Shown piece by piece: positions 38,631 to 51,035 of a stretch of 64,000 nucleotides of DNA. Numbering within the stretch: the stretch's first letter is position 1; each line of letters begins with the position of its first letter. This DNA is from a bacterium (GTDB lineage: Bacteria > Electryoneota > RPQS01), in the NCBI GenBank assembly GCA_013360195.1, contig JABWCQ010000004.1, positions 43,836-107,835 on the forward strand, written 5' to 3'. The position numbers were made by a program, and so were the translations under genes. The notes below the pieces were generated by a model that was not told the DNA's origin, made no database searches, and saw nothing but the letters and a program-made list of their open reading frames with translations.

Positions 38631-41327
38631 ATGGAGGCAAGAATGAAACTCATCCGCTGGGCAGCAATGTTTGTCGCCATGGTGGCGATTCTGCTAAGTG
38701 GCGTCGGTTGTCAGGAAAAGACAAGTACCGGCGGTAATGACGGCACAAGCGGTGAAGTCGGTTCAATTCAGATCGTAACCGGCACAACCAATGACACACT
38801 CGCGTTTCTGCCGAACGACTCGGCATCAACGTCTGTAGTGGTAATCGTAACGGACACCCGCGGCTTGGCTTTGCCCGGGAAAAAGGTTGACATCACGCTC
38901 GCAAATCCGAATCTTGGCGTCATTGAATTTCTGGATACCGAGCTGCTTGACACGACCAACAGCCTCGGCCGCGTGAACTGCATGTTCCGAGTTTACAGTC
39001 AAGCGGGCAATCAGATTATTTCCGCTTCTTCCGGAGGAATTTCCACGAATCGCACGTTGGTGATTCGTGAAGCGGATCAGGAAATCAACTCGGTGACGAT
39101 GATTGTCACGCCTGAGAACATCGAAGCTTCGGAGCTTGAAGACGATTCCGCGAGAGTTGATGTGCGAATTGTTGATTCAGGAAATCGCGGCGTGCCCAAT
39201 GTTGCGTTGAATCTGACGGCGACGGGCGGACTTCTCGTCCAGCCGCCGGTCACTGACGCGTCCGGTCGCACGACGACTTGGTGGTTTAATAACCGTCAGT
39301 TTGGTGAGTTTACGATTTTCGTTCGCGCAGGTTCGTTGCGCGACTCAGCGATTGTAACTGTTGCACAGGTTCCGCGCGAGCTTGGTACGCTGCGTGTGGC
39401 CACCGACAGCCGACTTGTCGAAGCGGACGGTTGTATTACTGCCGCCAATATCACGGCGACGTTAAAGAACGTGTTCGGAGAAGCCGTTCGCGGTGATACC
39501 ATACGTTTCGGAGCACCGGTGTTGGGCGCAGTTCAGCCCTATGCCATTACGGATTCACTTGGTGTCGCCACGGTGAATTTCTGCGGTATGTCCATTCCGA
39601 ATGATCAGGATCCCATTGACTCGTCCATGGTGGTCGCCCGCTATGAGCGCTGGGGTCTTCGCGACACCGTAAATATTCGCATCGTTCCGGCAGCCGGTAT
39701 CGGTGACATTAACCTGTCGGCACCTGCTACGTCGGGAATCGCCGGACGGGACTCGATTCAGCTTAACTTGAACGTCTTCTTCGCCAACGGCACGCGAGTG
39801 AACGGTTACTATGCCAAGTTCCGCGTTACCCAATGCGGAAGCTTCAAGTACGACTCGACACGTCTCGTGGACGGTCGCCCCGATTCCGCGAATTTCTACT
39901 ATCTCTGCACGGCGATACCGCAATCCCCGCCGGAAATCACAGTGGAAGTGGACGGAGTTGTCTCTGAACCTTTGACCATTAATATTAATCCGGGCGATCC
40001 GTCCTATGTCTTCCTGTTTGCGCTTCCGCAAGTTGGAATTGGCGATGTGGTTGACGTACGCGCTGCGGTTGCCGACACGTTTGGTAATCCCGTTCGTGCC
40101 GGAGAAGTGGTGAATTTTACCACGACACTTGGAACCATCACACCTTATGTGAACACGGATGAAACCGGAATTGCGACTGCGAACCTCGCGACAGGAAATT
40201 CATCCGGTATCGGTATTGTTCAGGCCCGTTTGATCAGCGGCGTGGACAGTGCGGTGACGACTCTGATTGTCACGTCAGGTTCAGCGAATCGAGTGGTTAC
40301 CACGTTGAACCCGCCAAGCCTGCTGGCTCGCGGCTCCGGCGGTCAGGACTGGTCCCAGATACAGGCTGAAGCCTATGACGCCAATGGTAATCCGGTGGAA
40401 GACGGCACGTGGGTGACGTTTGAAATTGGACCCAATGCCCCTGCCGGTGTCAATATTAACAACCGTGGCAGTCTGGATTCTTCGCAGACATCAAACGGTG
40501 TTGCCGTAGCGACATTGAATGCAGGAACCGGAACCGGGCCTGTTTCTGTCGTCGCCTGTGTCCGAGTAGCAGGGGGACAGCAAGCTTGCAGTCCGGTTAC
40601 CGGATCGGTGGTAGCGGGACCGCCAGCGGAAATTGACCTTGGACTCGATGAAGTCGGCGAAGATGCCGGCGGCGCCGCGTGGGACGTTGAAATCAGCGCG
40701 CTGGTGAAGGATGCTGTGCAAAACAACGTCATTAACGGCACGGCGGTCTTCTTTGAAGTTGAGCCGGTTGAACTTGCGCAGATTCTGTCGGAGGCCGTGG
40801 TTGTAGGCAATGAAAATGCGGACGGTGATGTCAGACCGGGTGTCGCGTTCACAACACTTCGCTACAACTCACTCGCGACAAACAGCCTCGTTACGGTTTC
40901 TGCACGTACGGCAAACGGTATCGTGGCAACCCAGGACTTCATATTGCCGATTCAAGAGCCGACCATTGTTGTGAACTGCTTGCCGGGTTCGTGGCACTTT
41001 GTGGCGAACGGCAATCCGTGCCGCATAGAGCTTCAAGCAACGGTTCGGGACGGCCACCAAGTCTTGATCAATGGTCAGCAGGTTTACTATGCCGCGAATC
41101 GCGGCCGCATGTGGCCGAATCCGCAGATTCAAGGTCAGCCGATCAGCATGGATTTCACGGGACCGGAGTTCGGTGAACCGGATGGTCAATGCTCTATCTT
41201 CCTTTGTGACTCTGTGAACTTCATTTTCCCCGATGCTTTGACACCGGAAATTCCGGGTGAGGTTCGAGTAGAAGTTGTGGGTTACCAGGACGCAACGGAC
41301 TCACAGGTTATCAACTTCCGCCGCTAA
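38631..41327 (+). CDS. Large lipoprotein with tandem Ig-like (Big_1/invasin-type) repeats
   Basis: Lipobox LLSGVGC; repeated D..GN.V / V.F / TD..G.A motifs; 898 aa (alternative start 38643). Confidence 0.75.
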   Translation: MEARMKLIRWAAMFVAMVAILLSGVGCQEKTSTGGNDGTSGEVGSIQIVTGTTNDTLAFLPNDSASTSVVVIVTDTRGLALPGKKVDITLANPNLGVIEFLDTELLDTTNSLGRVNCMFRVYSQAGNQIISASSGGISTNRTLVIREADQEINSVTMIVTPENIEASELEDDSARVDVRIVDSGNRGVPNVALNLTATGGLLVQPPVTDASGRTTTWWFNNRQFGEFTIFVRAGSLRDSAIVTVAQVPRELGTLRVATDSRLVEADGCITAANITATLKNVFGEAVRGDTIRFGAPVLGAVQPYAITDSLGVATVNFCGMSIPNDQDPIDSSMVVARYERWGLRDTVNIRIVPAAGIGDINLSAPATSGIAGRDSIQLNLNVFFANGTRVNGYYAKFRVTQCGSFKYDSTRLVDGRPDSANFYYLCTAIPQSPPEITVEVDGVVSEPLTININPGDPSYVFLFALPQVGIGDVVDVRAAVADTFGNPVRAGEVVNFTTTLGTITPYVNTDETGIATANLATGNSSGIGIVQARLISGVDSAVTTLIVTSGSANRVVTTLNPPSLLARGSGGQDWSQIQAEAYDANGNPVEDGTWVTFEIGPNAPAGVNINNRGSLDSSQTSNGVAVATLNAGTGTGPVSVVACVRVAGGQQACSPVTGSVVAGPPAEIDLGLDEVGEDAGGAAWDVEISALVKDAVQNNVINGTAVFFEVEPVELAQILSEAVVVGNENADGDVRPGVAFTTLRYNSLATNSLVTVSARTANGIVATQDFILPIQEPTIVVNCLPGSWHFVANGNPCRIELQATVRDGHQVLINGQQVYYAANRGRMWPNPQIQGQPISMDFTGPEFGEPDGQCSIFLCDSVNFIFPDALTPEIPGEVRVEVVGYQDATDSQVINFRR

Positions 41328-41357
41328 GGCAGAGGCGATGATAGATTGAACTAAAGT

Positions 41358-41388
41358 GGCCGGAGCCGGACAAACACCGGCTCCGGCC
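41358..41388 (+). other. GC-rich intergenic hairpin without U-tract
   Basis: ggccggagccgg-acaaaca-ccggctccggcc. Confidence 0.6.
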
Positions 41389-41425
41389 CATATTGGACCG
41401 ACGACAGGAAGTATAAAACGAAATT

Positions 41426-43129
41426 ATGCGCGAAAAGCTTGGCGAGATACTGGTTCGTTTGGGCCATATCACATCGCAACAGCTCAATGATGGGCTGACT
41501 CGACAAAAAGAAACCCGTAAGAAGATCGGCGAGACGCTTGTCTCTTTGGGGCATTGCTCTGAGGAAAACGTGTACGCGGCATTGGCGAAGCAGTGGGGAT
41601 TTGAGTATATCCCGGCTGAGACACTGACCGCTAAGAATCCGAACGCACTTGCAGTCGTACCGGAAGGCTTTGCAAAGGAGCACCTTGTCATTCCCTTGGG
41701 GTTGACCGATTCGACGATAATCGTCGCGATGGCCGACCCGGATGACATTGTTGCGGTTGACAATCTCGAGAAATTGTCTGGAAAGCGTGTGGATGCGAAA
41801 TTAGCATCTCCACTGGCAATTTTAAATGCGATTGAGAACTCGTATGAGAAGATTCGCAAGGCGGGTGAAGTAACCGAGGCAATCGGCGATCTGCAATTTT
41901 TTGCGACGTCGGACGAGGACGACGAGAGTCTCGTGGACATGAGCAAGACGGCGGCTGCGGAGGACGCTCCGGTCGTCAAGCTCGTGAACCTGATGCTGCA
42001 GGACGCGATCAAATCGCGCGCGACCGACATCCACATCGAACCTCAGGAAGAATCACTGATTGTGCGCTTCCGTGTTGACGGTGTGTTGGCGGAAGTCATG
42101 CGCCCTCCGAAGGCGTCGCATGCAGGAATCGTCTCACGTATCAAGATTCTGTCAAAACTGAACATTGCCGAGAAGCGTTTGCCGCAGGACGGTCGTTTTA
42201 CGGTGCGGACGGCGGAGAAGGAAATTGACATGCGCGTATCGATCCTTCCGCTTGTGACCGGTGAGAAGATAGTGATGCGTTTGCTGGACAAATCTGCGTT
42301 CGCCTTCAGTTTGGCAACGCTCGGTTTTGTGGAAGAAGACGGTAAGATCTTCCGCCGCTGGATTCGTCAGCCGTACGGCATGGTGATTATTTCGGGTCCG
42401 ACGGGTGCGGGTAAGTCCACGACGCTGTTCGCGGCTTTGAATGAAATCAAGAGTGTCGAAGACAACATTACGACTGTGGAAGACCCGGTCGAGTACCACG
42501 TTCCCGGCGTTAATCAGGTGCAGACCAAGGCAAAAATCGGATTGACATTTGCGGCGGCGCTGCGTTCAATTTTGCGTCAGGATCCCGACAAGCTGTTGAT
42601 CGGCGAAATTCGAGACGAAGAAACGGCGGACATCGCGGTGAAGTTCGCATTGACCGGACACCTTGTGTTCTCAACTGTTCACGCGAACGACGCGCCCTCC
42701 ACAATTACACGATTGTTGGACATCGGTGTTCCGCCGTTCCTATGCGGATCGGTGCTGAACCTTGTGATGGCCCAGCGTCTTGTGCGTCGAATTTGCCAGC
42801 ACTGCAAGGTTGAATACGAACCGGATGAAGCCGAGATGCAGGCGCTGCTGATAGACAAGGACTTCTTGAAGGGAAGAAAGTTTTGGCGTGGTCGCGGCTG
42901 TGCGCAATGCAGGAACACCGGCTACCACGGTCGAACGGGTATTTTCGAGATATTGGAGATGCGCCGCAATATTCGATCGCTGGTATTCGATAACGCCAAT
43001 CAGGACGAGATACGGAATGCGGCCTTGGCGAACGGCATGGTGACGCTGCGCGATGCAGCATTCAAGAAAATATTTGCAGGGGTTACAACCAGTCACGAGC
43101 TCTTGCGCGTGACGGTTCAGGAAATCTAA
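41426..43129 (+). CDS. pilB: Type IV pilus extension ATPase
   Basis: MshEN-like N-terminus KLGEILVRLGHIT...KIGETLVSLG, ATDIHIEP, GPTGAGKSTT, LRQDPD, CQHC/CAQC Zn site, GRTGIFE. Confidence 0.95.
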   Translation: MREKLGEILVRLGHITSQQLNDGLTRQKETRKKIGETLVSLGHCSEENVYAALAKQWGFEYIPAETLTAKNPNALAVVPEGFAKEHLVIPLGLTDSTIIVAMADPDDIVAVDNLEKLSGKRVDAKLASPLAILNAIENSYEKIRKAGEVTEAIGDLQFFATSDEDDESLVDMSKTAAAEDAPVVKLVNLMLQDAIKSRATDIHIEPQEESLIVRFRVDGVLAEVMRPPKASHAGIVSRIKILSKLNIAEKRLPQDGRFTVRTAEKEIDMRVSILPLVTGEKIVMRLLDKSAFAFSLATLGFVEEDGKIFRRWIRQPYGMVIISGPTGAGKSTTLFAALNEIKSVEDNITTVEDPVEYHVPGVNQVQTKAKIGLTFAAALRSILRQDPDKLLIGEIRDEETADIAVKFALTGHLVFSTVHANDAPSTITRLLDIGVPPFLCGSVLNLVMAQRLVRRICQHCKVEYEPDEAEMQALLIDKDFLKGRKFWRGRGCAQCRNTGYHGRTGIFEILEMRRNIRSLVFDNANQDEIRNAALANGMVTLRDAAFKKIFAGVTTSHELLRVTVQEI

Positions 43130-43154
43130 CTCAAAGCGACGGGCAAAACAGGCG

Positions 43155-44408
43155 ATGCCGACATACAGTTACGTCATCAAAGACGCTGCGGGCAACCGTC
43201 AGGAAGACAATATCAAGGCCGCGAGCTATGAGGCCGCGGTAGAGGTTCTTCGCCGCAAGGGTGCGGCCCAGATTGTCTCAGTTCGGGAAATCAAGGGAGG
43301 TCTTGCGCTTGACGAGATGAGCGTCGGCGAGCAGTTAAGCCTAGCGGTTTATCGCTGGCGGACGCGCGTTCCTCTCAAGACCCTGGTGTTTTTCACGCGG
43401 CAGCTTTCCACGATGTTCTCCGCGGGTTTGACGATTGAGCGCGCGATTCAGAATTTGCTTCAGGAAGAGCGCAACCATAAGTTCAAGAAAGTGCTTGTAC
43501 AGGTTGCGACGGACCTGAAGAAGGGATACGCTCTGTCCGAGTGCCTCGCCAAGCACCCGGGTGTTTACTCGAATTTGTACGTAGCGCTGGTGCATGCGGG
43601 TGAAGTCTCGGGTAACCTGCACGTAATTCTTGAGCAGCTCTCCGACTATCTGGAATCAGTCGCCGACACGCAGCGAAAGGTCGTTTCAGCGATGTCGTAT
43701 CCCGTGTTTTCGGTGATATTCCTGACGGGAGTGATCTCATTCCTGATGATATTCGTGGTGCCGATGTTCGAGGATGTCTATTCGAAATTCTCGGCTAAAT
43801 TGCCGTTTGCCACGCTGGTGCTGATGAATATTTCGAAGCTGATGGTTAATCAGGCACCGCTGGTCTTTCTCTTTGCGGTGGCGACTATCGTCGGTTTGTG
43901 GGTGCTGACCAAGACGAAGCGTGGCGGTCTAGTTTGGGACAACATGAAGCTGCGCTTTCCGGTTTTCGGTGGGCTGCTGATGTCGTCACTGATGGACAAG
44001 TTTGCGCGTACATTTGGTATTCTAATCGGCTCAGGCGTACCCGTTCTCGAATCTCTTAGTCACTCCATTCGCGTTGTTGAGAACCGAGTGATTGGAAATG
44101 CCTTGCGCGACGCTCAGCACATGATTAAGGACGGCTACGCGATTTCGGTTGCCATGAAGAAAACGGGTGTGTTTCCGCCTATCATGGTACAGCTGATTCA
44201 AACCGGCGAGGAGACCGGTGAAATCAACAAGCTGCTCGAGAAAGTATCAGAATTCTATTCGAAGCAGGTGGATGCCACAATCGGCCGCTTGACATCACTT
44301 ATTGAACCGTTGCTCATCATTTTGATTGGCGGCGTGATTGGTATCATTTTGATTGCAATTTACCTCCCGGTGTTCATGTTGGGCCGCGCGATTCAGTCAG
44401 GTTCGTAA
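43155..44408 (+). CDS. pilC: Type IV pilus platform protein (GspF family)
   Basis: FTRQLSTM, AGEVSGNL, AMSYP, GEETG, LIEP, YLPVF. Confidence 0.93.
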   Translation: MPTYSYVIKDAAGNRQEDNIKAASYEAAVEVLRRKGAAQIVSVREIKGGLALDEMSVGEQLSLAVYRWRTRVPLKTLVFFTRQLSTMFSAGLTIERAIQNLLQEERNHKFKKVLVQVATDLKKGYALSECLAKHPGVYSNLYVALVHAGEVSGNLHVILEQLSDYLESVADTQRKVVSAMSYPVFSVIFLTGVISFLMIFVVPMFEDVYSKFSAKLPFATLVLMNISKLMVNQAPLVFLFAVATIVGLWVLTKTKRGGLVWDNMKLRFPVFGGLLMSSLMDKFARTFGILIGSGVPVLESLSHSIRVVENRVIGNALRDAQHMIKDGYAISVAMKKTGVFPPIMVQLIQTGEETGEINKLLEKVSEFYSKQVDATIGRLTSLIEPLLIILIGGVIGIILIAIYLPVFMLGRAIQSGS

Positions 44409-44430
44409 GGCACAGGGCTTGCAATTTACG

Positions 44431-44468
44431 AAGGGTGACTGCATATTGAGGCAGTCACCCTTTTCTTT
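44431..44468 (+). terminator. Intrinsic terminator after pilC, overlapping a candidate pilD promoter
   Basis: aagggtgactgc-atattgag-gcagtcaccctt-ttcttt; TTGCAA(44419)-17 nt-CATATT(44442). Confidence 0.7.
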
Positions 44469-44485
44469 ACAGGGAGGAAGAACAC

Positions 44486-45289
44486 TTGACCGTAGAAACT
44501 CCGTGGGGGCCGTTGCCGGCCGTACCGGTTTTGATTGTGGCTGGTTTCCTGGGCGCATGCTTCGGAAGCTTTGCAAATGTCTTGATTTACAGGCTTCCTG
44601 CCGAGGAGTCACTGCTTCAGCCACCGTCACGCTGCCCGTCGTGTGAACGCCCGATTGCATGGTATGACAACATCCCGGTACTGAGCTGGCTGATCTTGGG
44701 AGGTAAATGCAGAAACTGCAAGACTGCAATTTCAGCGCAATATCCCTTGATTGAAGCGGCCTCGGCAGGGTTGGCGGTGTTTGCAGTGTGGAAGTGGGGT
44801 GCGACCTTCGCAGGAATGGCCCATGGGCTGCTTTTTATCGGGTTATTGGCCCTGACCATCATTGACCTCCGGCATTGGCTGCTTCCGTTCGCCATAACGA
44901 TTCCGCTTACTCTGATCGGCTTCGCAGGGGCGGCCTTCTTCGACATGCTGCCTCTGTCGGAGTCGTTAGTGGGGGCGGCGGTCGGTTTTGGGATATTCCT
45001 CTTGATGTTGCTGGGGGGGAAGTATGTTTTCAAGAAGGAAGCCATGGGAGGGGGCGATGTGGTCTTTGGAGCGATGGCGGGAAGCTTTTTAGGCTGGCAG
45101 TTGACGTTGCTCATGATCTTTGTGGCCTCTGCGCTCGGGACTCTTGTTGCGTTGATTTTATTGACTTTACGAAAGAGCATCATGGACAGGGCGATCCCCT
45201 TTGGTCCATTTCTGGCGGCCGGTTTGGTCGTATGCTTATTCTGGGGGAGGGGCTTTATCGAGGCCTATCTGAAAATGCTCGGTTTCTGA
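44486..45289 (+). CDS. pilD: Prepilin peptidase/N-methyltransferase
   Basis: GSFANVLIYRLP, SRCPSC, NIPVLSW...GKCRNC, ID, MGGGD, IPFGPFL. Confidence 0.95.
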   Translation: MTVETPWGPLPAVPVLIVAGFLGACFGSFANVLIYRLPAEESLLQPPSRCPSCERPIAWYDNIPVLSWLILGGKCRNCKTAISAQYPLIEAASAGLAVFAVWKWGATFAGMAHGLLFIGLLALTIIDLRHWLLPFAITIPLTLIGFAGAAFFDMLPLSESLVGAAVGFGIFLLMLLGGKYVFKKEAMGGGDVVFGAMAGSFLGWQLTLLMIFVASALGTLVALILLTLRKSIMDRAIPFGPFLAAGLVVCLFWGRGFIEAYLKMLGF

Positions 45290-45297
45290 AGAAGCAC

Positions 45298-45326
45298 TTG
45301 ACTTTTTAGAAGTTGCTGGGTATTTT
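45298..45326 (+). promoter_or_regulatory. Sigma-70-type promoter
   Basis: TTGACT-17 nt-TATTTT. Confidence 0.6.
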
Positions 45327-45413
45327 ATTGTGAACTGCATATAAGCAAATCTCCAAAAATTCACCTGCATAGACACCCTGCGTAACCCGCAGGAGCAAGA
45401 AAGGGAGTAATCC

Positions 45414-47444
45414 ATGATCAAGAAGTACTTGGTTTTGTCTCTTGTGCTGTCGGTTGCCGCGGCAGCATGGGCAGCACCTGCTACCTCCAAGCGTGTGGAT
45501 ACCAGCCACAAGACGCCTGTAGTCGGAAATGCAACTGAGGTAAACCACACACAGACGGCGGTTAGCCGTATCCCGGACGCGTCCCGGTTGGACGTCATCG
45601 GTGACCTTTATCAAGCCGGCACGACCTACTACGACTACCAGCACAACGGTACTGTTGGCCGCATGGTTGGCGTGGACGCAAATGGATTCGTTCATGTCGT
45701 TTGGATGAACGGACTCGATGAGTCATTTGCACAGCGCGATGCCTACTACAATTGCTGGGATCCGAACACGGAAGACTGGCAGGAACTCATTCCGGACGGC
45801 GGTGTAGCCGCTAATACGGTTCGTGCCGGTTATGTCACAAACACCGTCCTGCCGAACGGTTTTGCGTTCCCGTCGTTTCACTCTACTCCTCCTGGTGAGT
45901 CAGTATTGACGACACATGCGTCCATCGACTTCCAAGGAGCGGCAGGAGCATTTACACCGTTTTGGCAGAATCCGTTTGGCGCAAATCAAGTGATTTGGCC
46001 GAAGATTGTCCGTGACGACGACGGCACCTTGCACGGTGTTTCGACCTCGGATCCGGATACCGATCAGGGCTACCATTACTGGAAAGCGACCCCGATTTAT
46101 GACTCGGGATTCGGTATTGAGATTCAGTTCACGACATTTGGCACGGGCGACCAGTATCAAGTTCTGGGCAACGGTGAAGTGATTGCTCCGGACGTTGCGG
46201 CATCACCCGTATCGAATCGTGTTGCGGTCGTGTTTAATGATTCGCGCGGTGGTGAAGGCGGAATTACGCAGATCAACAACGACCTCAAGCTGGTGATTTC
46301 AGAAGACGGCGGAATGAACTTCGCTCCGCCGATCGACTTGACGGACTGGATTGAGCCGGACTTTGATTGCGCATCGGGCGACACGATTGCCTGCAACGGC
46401 GATACCCTTCGTCCCTACACCTGCCTTGACGTTGAATTTGACTACAACGACAACATTCACGTCGCTTTCACGACCCGCACGCTGTATGAATTCGGTTATC
46501 CGGGTTACGACGCTCCGCCGACGGCCTTCATCAACATGTCCAGCATTTGGCACTGGGGTGAGGACACGGACGAGTTTTCCAACATCGTGAATCACAATCA
46601 GTTTGCGACTTTCTCGAATGGCGACAGCTTGCTAGGCGACAACGCGTGGCAGTTGATGGTTCAGCGTCCGAGCATGGCATTTGACACGCTGAACGGCGGC
46701 GATGACATGTACTGCTCATTCATTTGGCACGATTCCTCACAGTATTCGGCGAACTACTACATGAGCGCCGATATCTGGGTTGCCTATTCCTGCAATAACG
46801 GCCGTACGTGGTTTGAACCTATCAACGTGACCAACACGGTGACTCCGGTTGGCGCAGCGCCGGGTGAGTGCCTGCATGAACGTGATCAGTCGCTGGCTCC
46901 GCTGGTGACCTATGACGGTGCAGAAGGCTTCCTACATCTTGAATACGTATTGGATACGGATGTCGGCGGTGTTCCGCAGACTGAAGGTGCCACGACGTTA
47001 AACAACGTATACTACCAGCGCATACCGCTTGCGGATCTTGAGTTCACAACGCCGCATCCGTATAACACGGTGACGCTGCATGTTGACGGAAGCCAGCACA
47101 CAGGCACTGGTGCGGTTCCGTTTGATCCGAACAATCTTTGCGCGACGTCTGTTGGCCGCGGCGGCGAAGGCATACCGACGGCGTTCCAGCTGTTCCAGAA
47201 CTACCCGAACCCGTTCAACCCGTCCACGAACATTCAGTTTGATCTTGTGAATGCATCCAAGGTTACGCTGAAGGTTTACAACGTGCTGGGAGAAGAGGTT
47301 GCCACACTTGTTGACGGCGAAGCGTTGTCAGCAGGTGCTCATACTTACGCGTTTGATGCTTCAAGGCTTGCGAGCGGCGTCTACATGTACCGTCTCGAGG
47401 CCAATGGAGTTTCCGCAACGCGCAAGATGATGCTCATGAAGTAA
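45414..47444 (+). CDS. Secreted protein with Asp-box (BNR)-like motifs and C-terminal T9SS/FlgD-like sorting tail
   Basis: Signal peptide; SEDGGMNF and SCNNGRTW; FQLFQNYPNPFNPST...VYNVLGEEV...LASGVYMYRL...RKMMLMK. Confidence 0.82.
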   Translation: MIKKYLVLSLVLSVAAAAWAAPATSKRVDTSHKTPVVGNATEVNHTQTAVSRIPDASRLDVIGDLYQAGTTYYDYQHNGTVGRMVGVDANGFVHVVWMNGLDESFAQRDAYYNCWDPNTEDWQELIPDGGVAANTVRAGYVTNTVLPNGFAFPSFHSTPPGESVLTTHASIDFQGAAGAFTPFWQNPFGANQVIWPKIVRDDDGTLHGVSTSDPDTDQGYHYWKATPIYDSGFGIEIQFTTFGTGDQYQVLGNGEVIAPDVAASPVSNRVAVVFNDSRGGEGGITQINNDLKLVISEDGGMNFAPPIDLTDWIEPDFDCASGDTIACNGDTLRPYTCLDVEFDYNDNIHVAFTTRTLYEFGYPGYDAPPTAFINMSSIWHWGEDTDEFSNIVNHNQFATFSNGDSLLGDNAWQLMVQRPSMAFDTLNGGDDMYCSFIWHDSSQYSANYYMSADIWVAYSCNNGRTWFEPINVTNTVTPVGAAPGECLHERDQSLAPLVTYDGAEGFLHLEYVLDTDVGGVPQTEGATTLNNVYYQRIPLADLEFTTPHPYNTVTLHVDGSQHTGTGAVPFDPNNLCATSVGRGGEGIPTAFQLFQNYPNPFNPSTNIQFDLVNASKVTLKVYNVLGEEVATLVDGEALSAGAHTYAFDASRLASGVYMYRLEANGVSATRKMMLMK

Positions 47445-47485
47445 TCTGGCTGGAACACAGTTAGATTCGGTTTGAGTCCTTGTAG

Positions 47486-47526
47486 GGGCCGGGTGTGAAC
47501 CAAAGCGCACCCGGCCCTAATACTTT
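47486..47526 (+). terminator. Hairpin/terminator
   Basis: gggccgggtgtg...cgcacccggccc then taatacttt. Confidence 0.55.
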
Positions 47527-47602
47527 AAGTGATACAGACAATTGCAAGAGATGATCGCCGGGCAGTGTCGCAAGTGGTGTTGCTAATAAAACTACTACAT
47601 AA

Positions 47603-49741
<2,139 letters not shown>

Positions 49742-49749
<8 letters not shown>

Positions 49750-51034
49750 AGTTGTTCACAAATACATTGCTCCGCAATGGCTGACGAGCAAGAGACTTGT
49801 TGTTTTCGAAGACCAGTTCACTGCCGGCCACCTGTTTCCTTTGAACGTGCTCCGTCCGTCCTGGGAAATCCGGTCAGGACTCGGGTCCCTTGGGCAGTGG
49901 CTGGCCGAGCTTCGCCTCGCGGGCTACTCCGTGTCCCTCCGACCTCGTTCTTCACTTACTCTGCGCTCCCGAGAACTGGCGGGATTTGACGACGATTGGC
50001 CAAGCGAGCAGGAACCCATCGTCTTCCTGAATGGGCGAGTCTTGCACCTTCCTGCCACCAAGACTCCACTGCCTGAAGCGGTTGTCGACTCGTTTGGACA
50101 AGTCCTTTGGGCGAAGCTGGACGGGAAAACCGTTTCAGAATTGTCAGGATCATCAGGAACCCTGCTTGCGGAATCGCTCGTTAAAGTAATACGGGCGAGT
50201 GCTGAGATTTCCACATTTGGCGGGGAAGCTGCCCACTTCATATGGGATTACATGGCCCTTAACCAGAAACTCCTTGCTGTAGGGATGGCGGGTGAGTACA
50301 AAGAGTTAATGGGTTCAGGAAACCTCGAGGTCTCTGGCGGTGTCCAAATAGTAGGGACTCCAATGGTTTTCGCTGGTGACGGCACTGTGGTGATGCCCGG
50401 AGTTGTATTTGACACGACGGAAGGGCCTGTTTGGATTGGCCGGGATACGGTCATTGAACCGCATTGTTACCTCAAGGGCCCTCTTGCACTAGGTGATCAC
50501 TGCCGGGTTAAGGCGGGAGCTGCAATATATGGTGCAAGCACGTTCGGCCCGCATTGCCGAATCTCAGGGGAAATCAGCGCGAGTGTCATGCAGGGCTATT
50601 GCAACAAACAGCATTCAGGTTTTCTTGGCAATAGTCACCTTGGAGAATGGGTAAATTTGGGCGCAGACACCACCGTTTCAAATCTCAGAAATGACTACGG
50701 CAATGTCAAAGTGAAAGTGAATCAGAAACTTGTGGACAGCGGCAGGCAATTCGTTGGACTGATTTGCGGGGACCACACGAAGACAGGAATAAACACCATG
50801 TTCAATACTGGGTCGGTGGTGGGCATAGGGTGCAACGTTTACGGGGGCGGCTATCCGCCTCGGTTTATAAGAAGTTTTTCATGGGGCGGCAGCGACGGTT
50901 TTCATGTTGAACCGTTTGAGCGAACTGCAGAATCAGCCAGGCTGGTGATGAGTCGTCGGGGCCGGAATTTAACAGAGGCAGAGATCGAGCTAATGAAAGA
51001 GCATTACTCGAACATCGTCAAGCAGGAGAATTAG
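49742..51034 (+). CDS. GlmU-related putative sugar nucleotidyl/acyltransferase (hexapeptide repeats)
   Basis: LFPLNVLRPSWEIRSG, GPVWIG, NKQHSGFLGNSHLGEWVNLGADT..SNL.N.Y, GDHTKTGIN. Confidence 0.75.
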
Positions 51035-51035
51035 A

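Noticed and set aside
41311..42036. 241-aa antisense ORF over pilB, and similar antisense ORFs over the secretin and ABC genes
   Set aside because: Antisense shadows caused by codon bias; fully overlap confident genes
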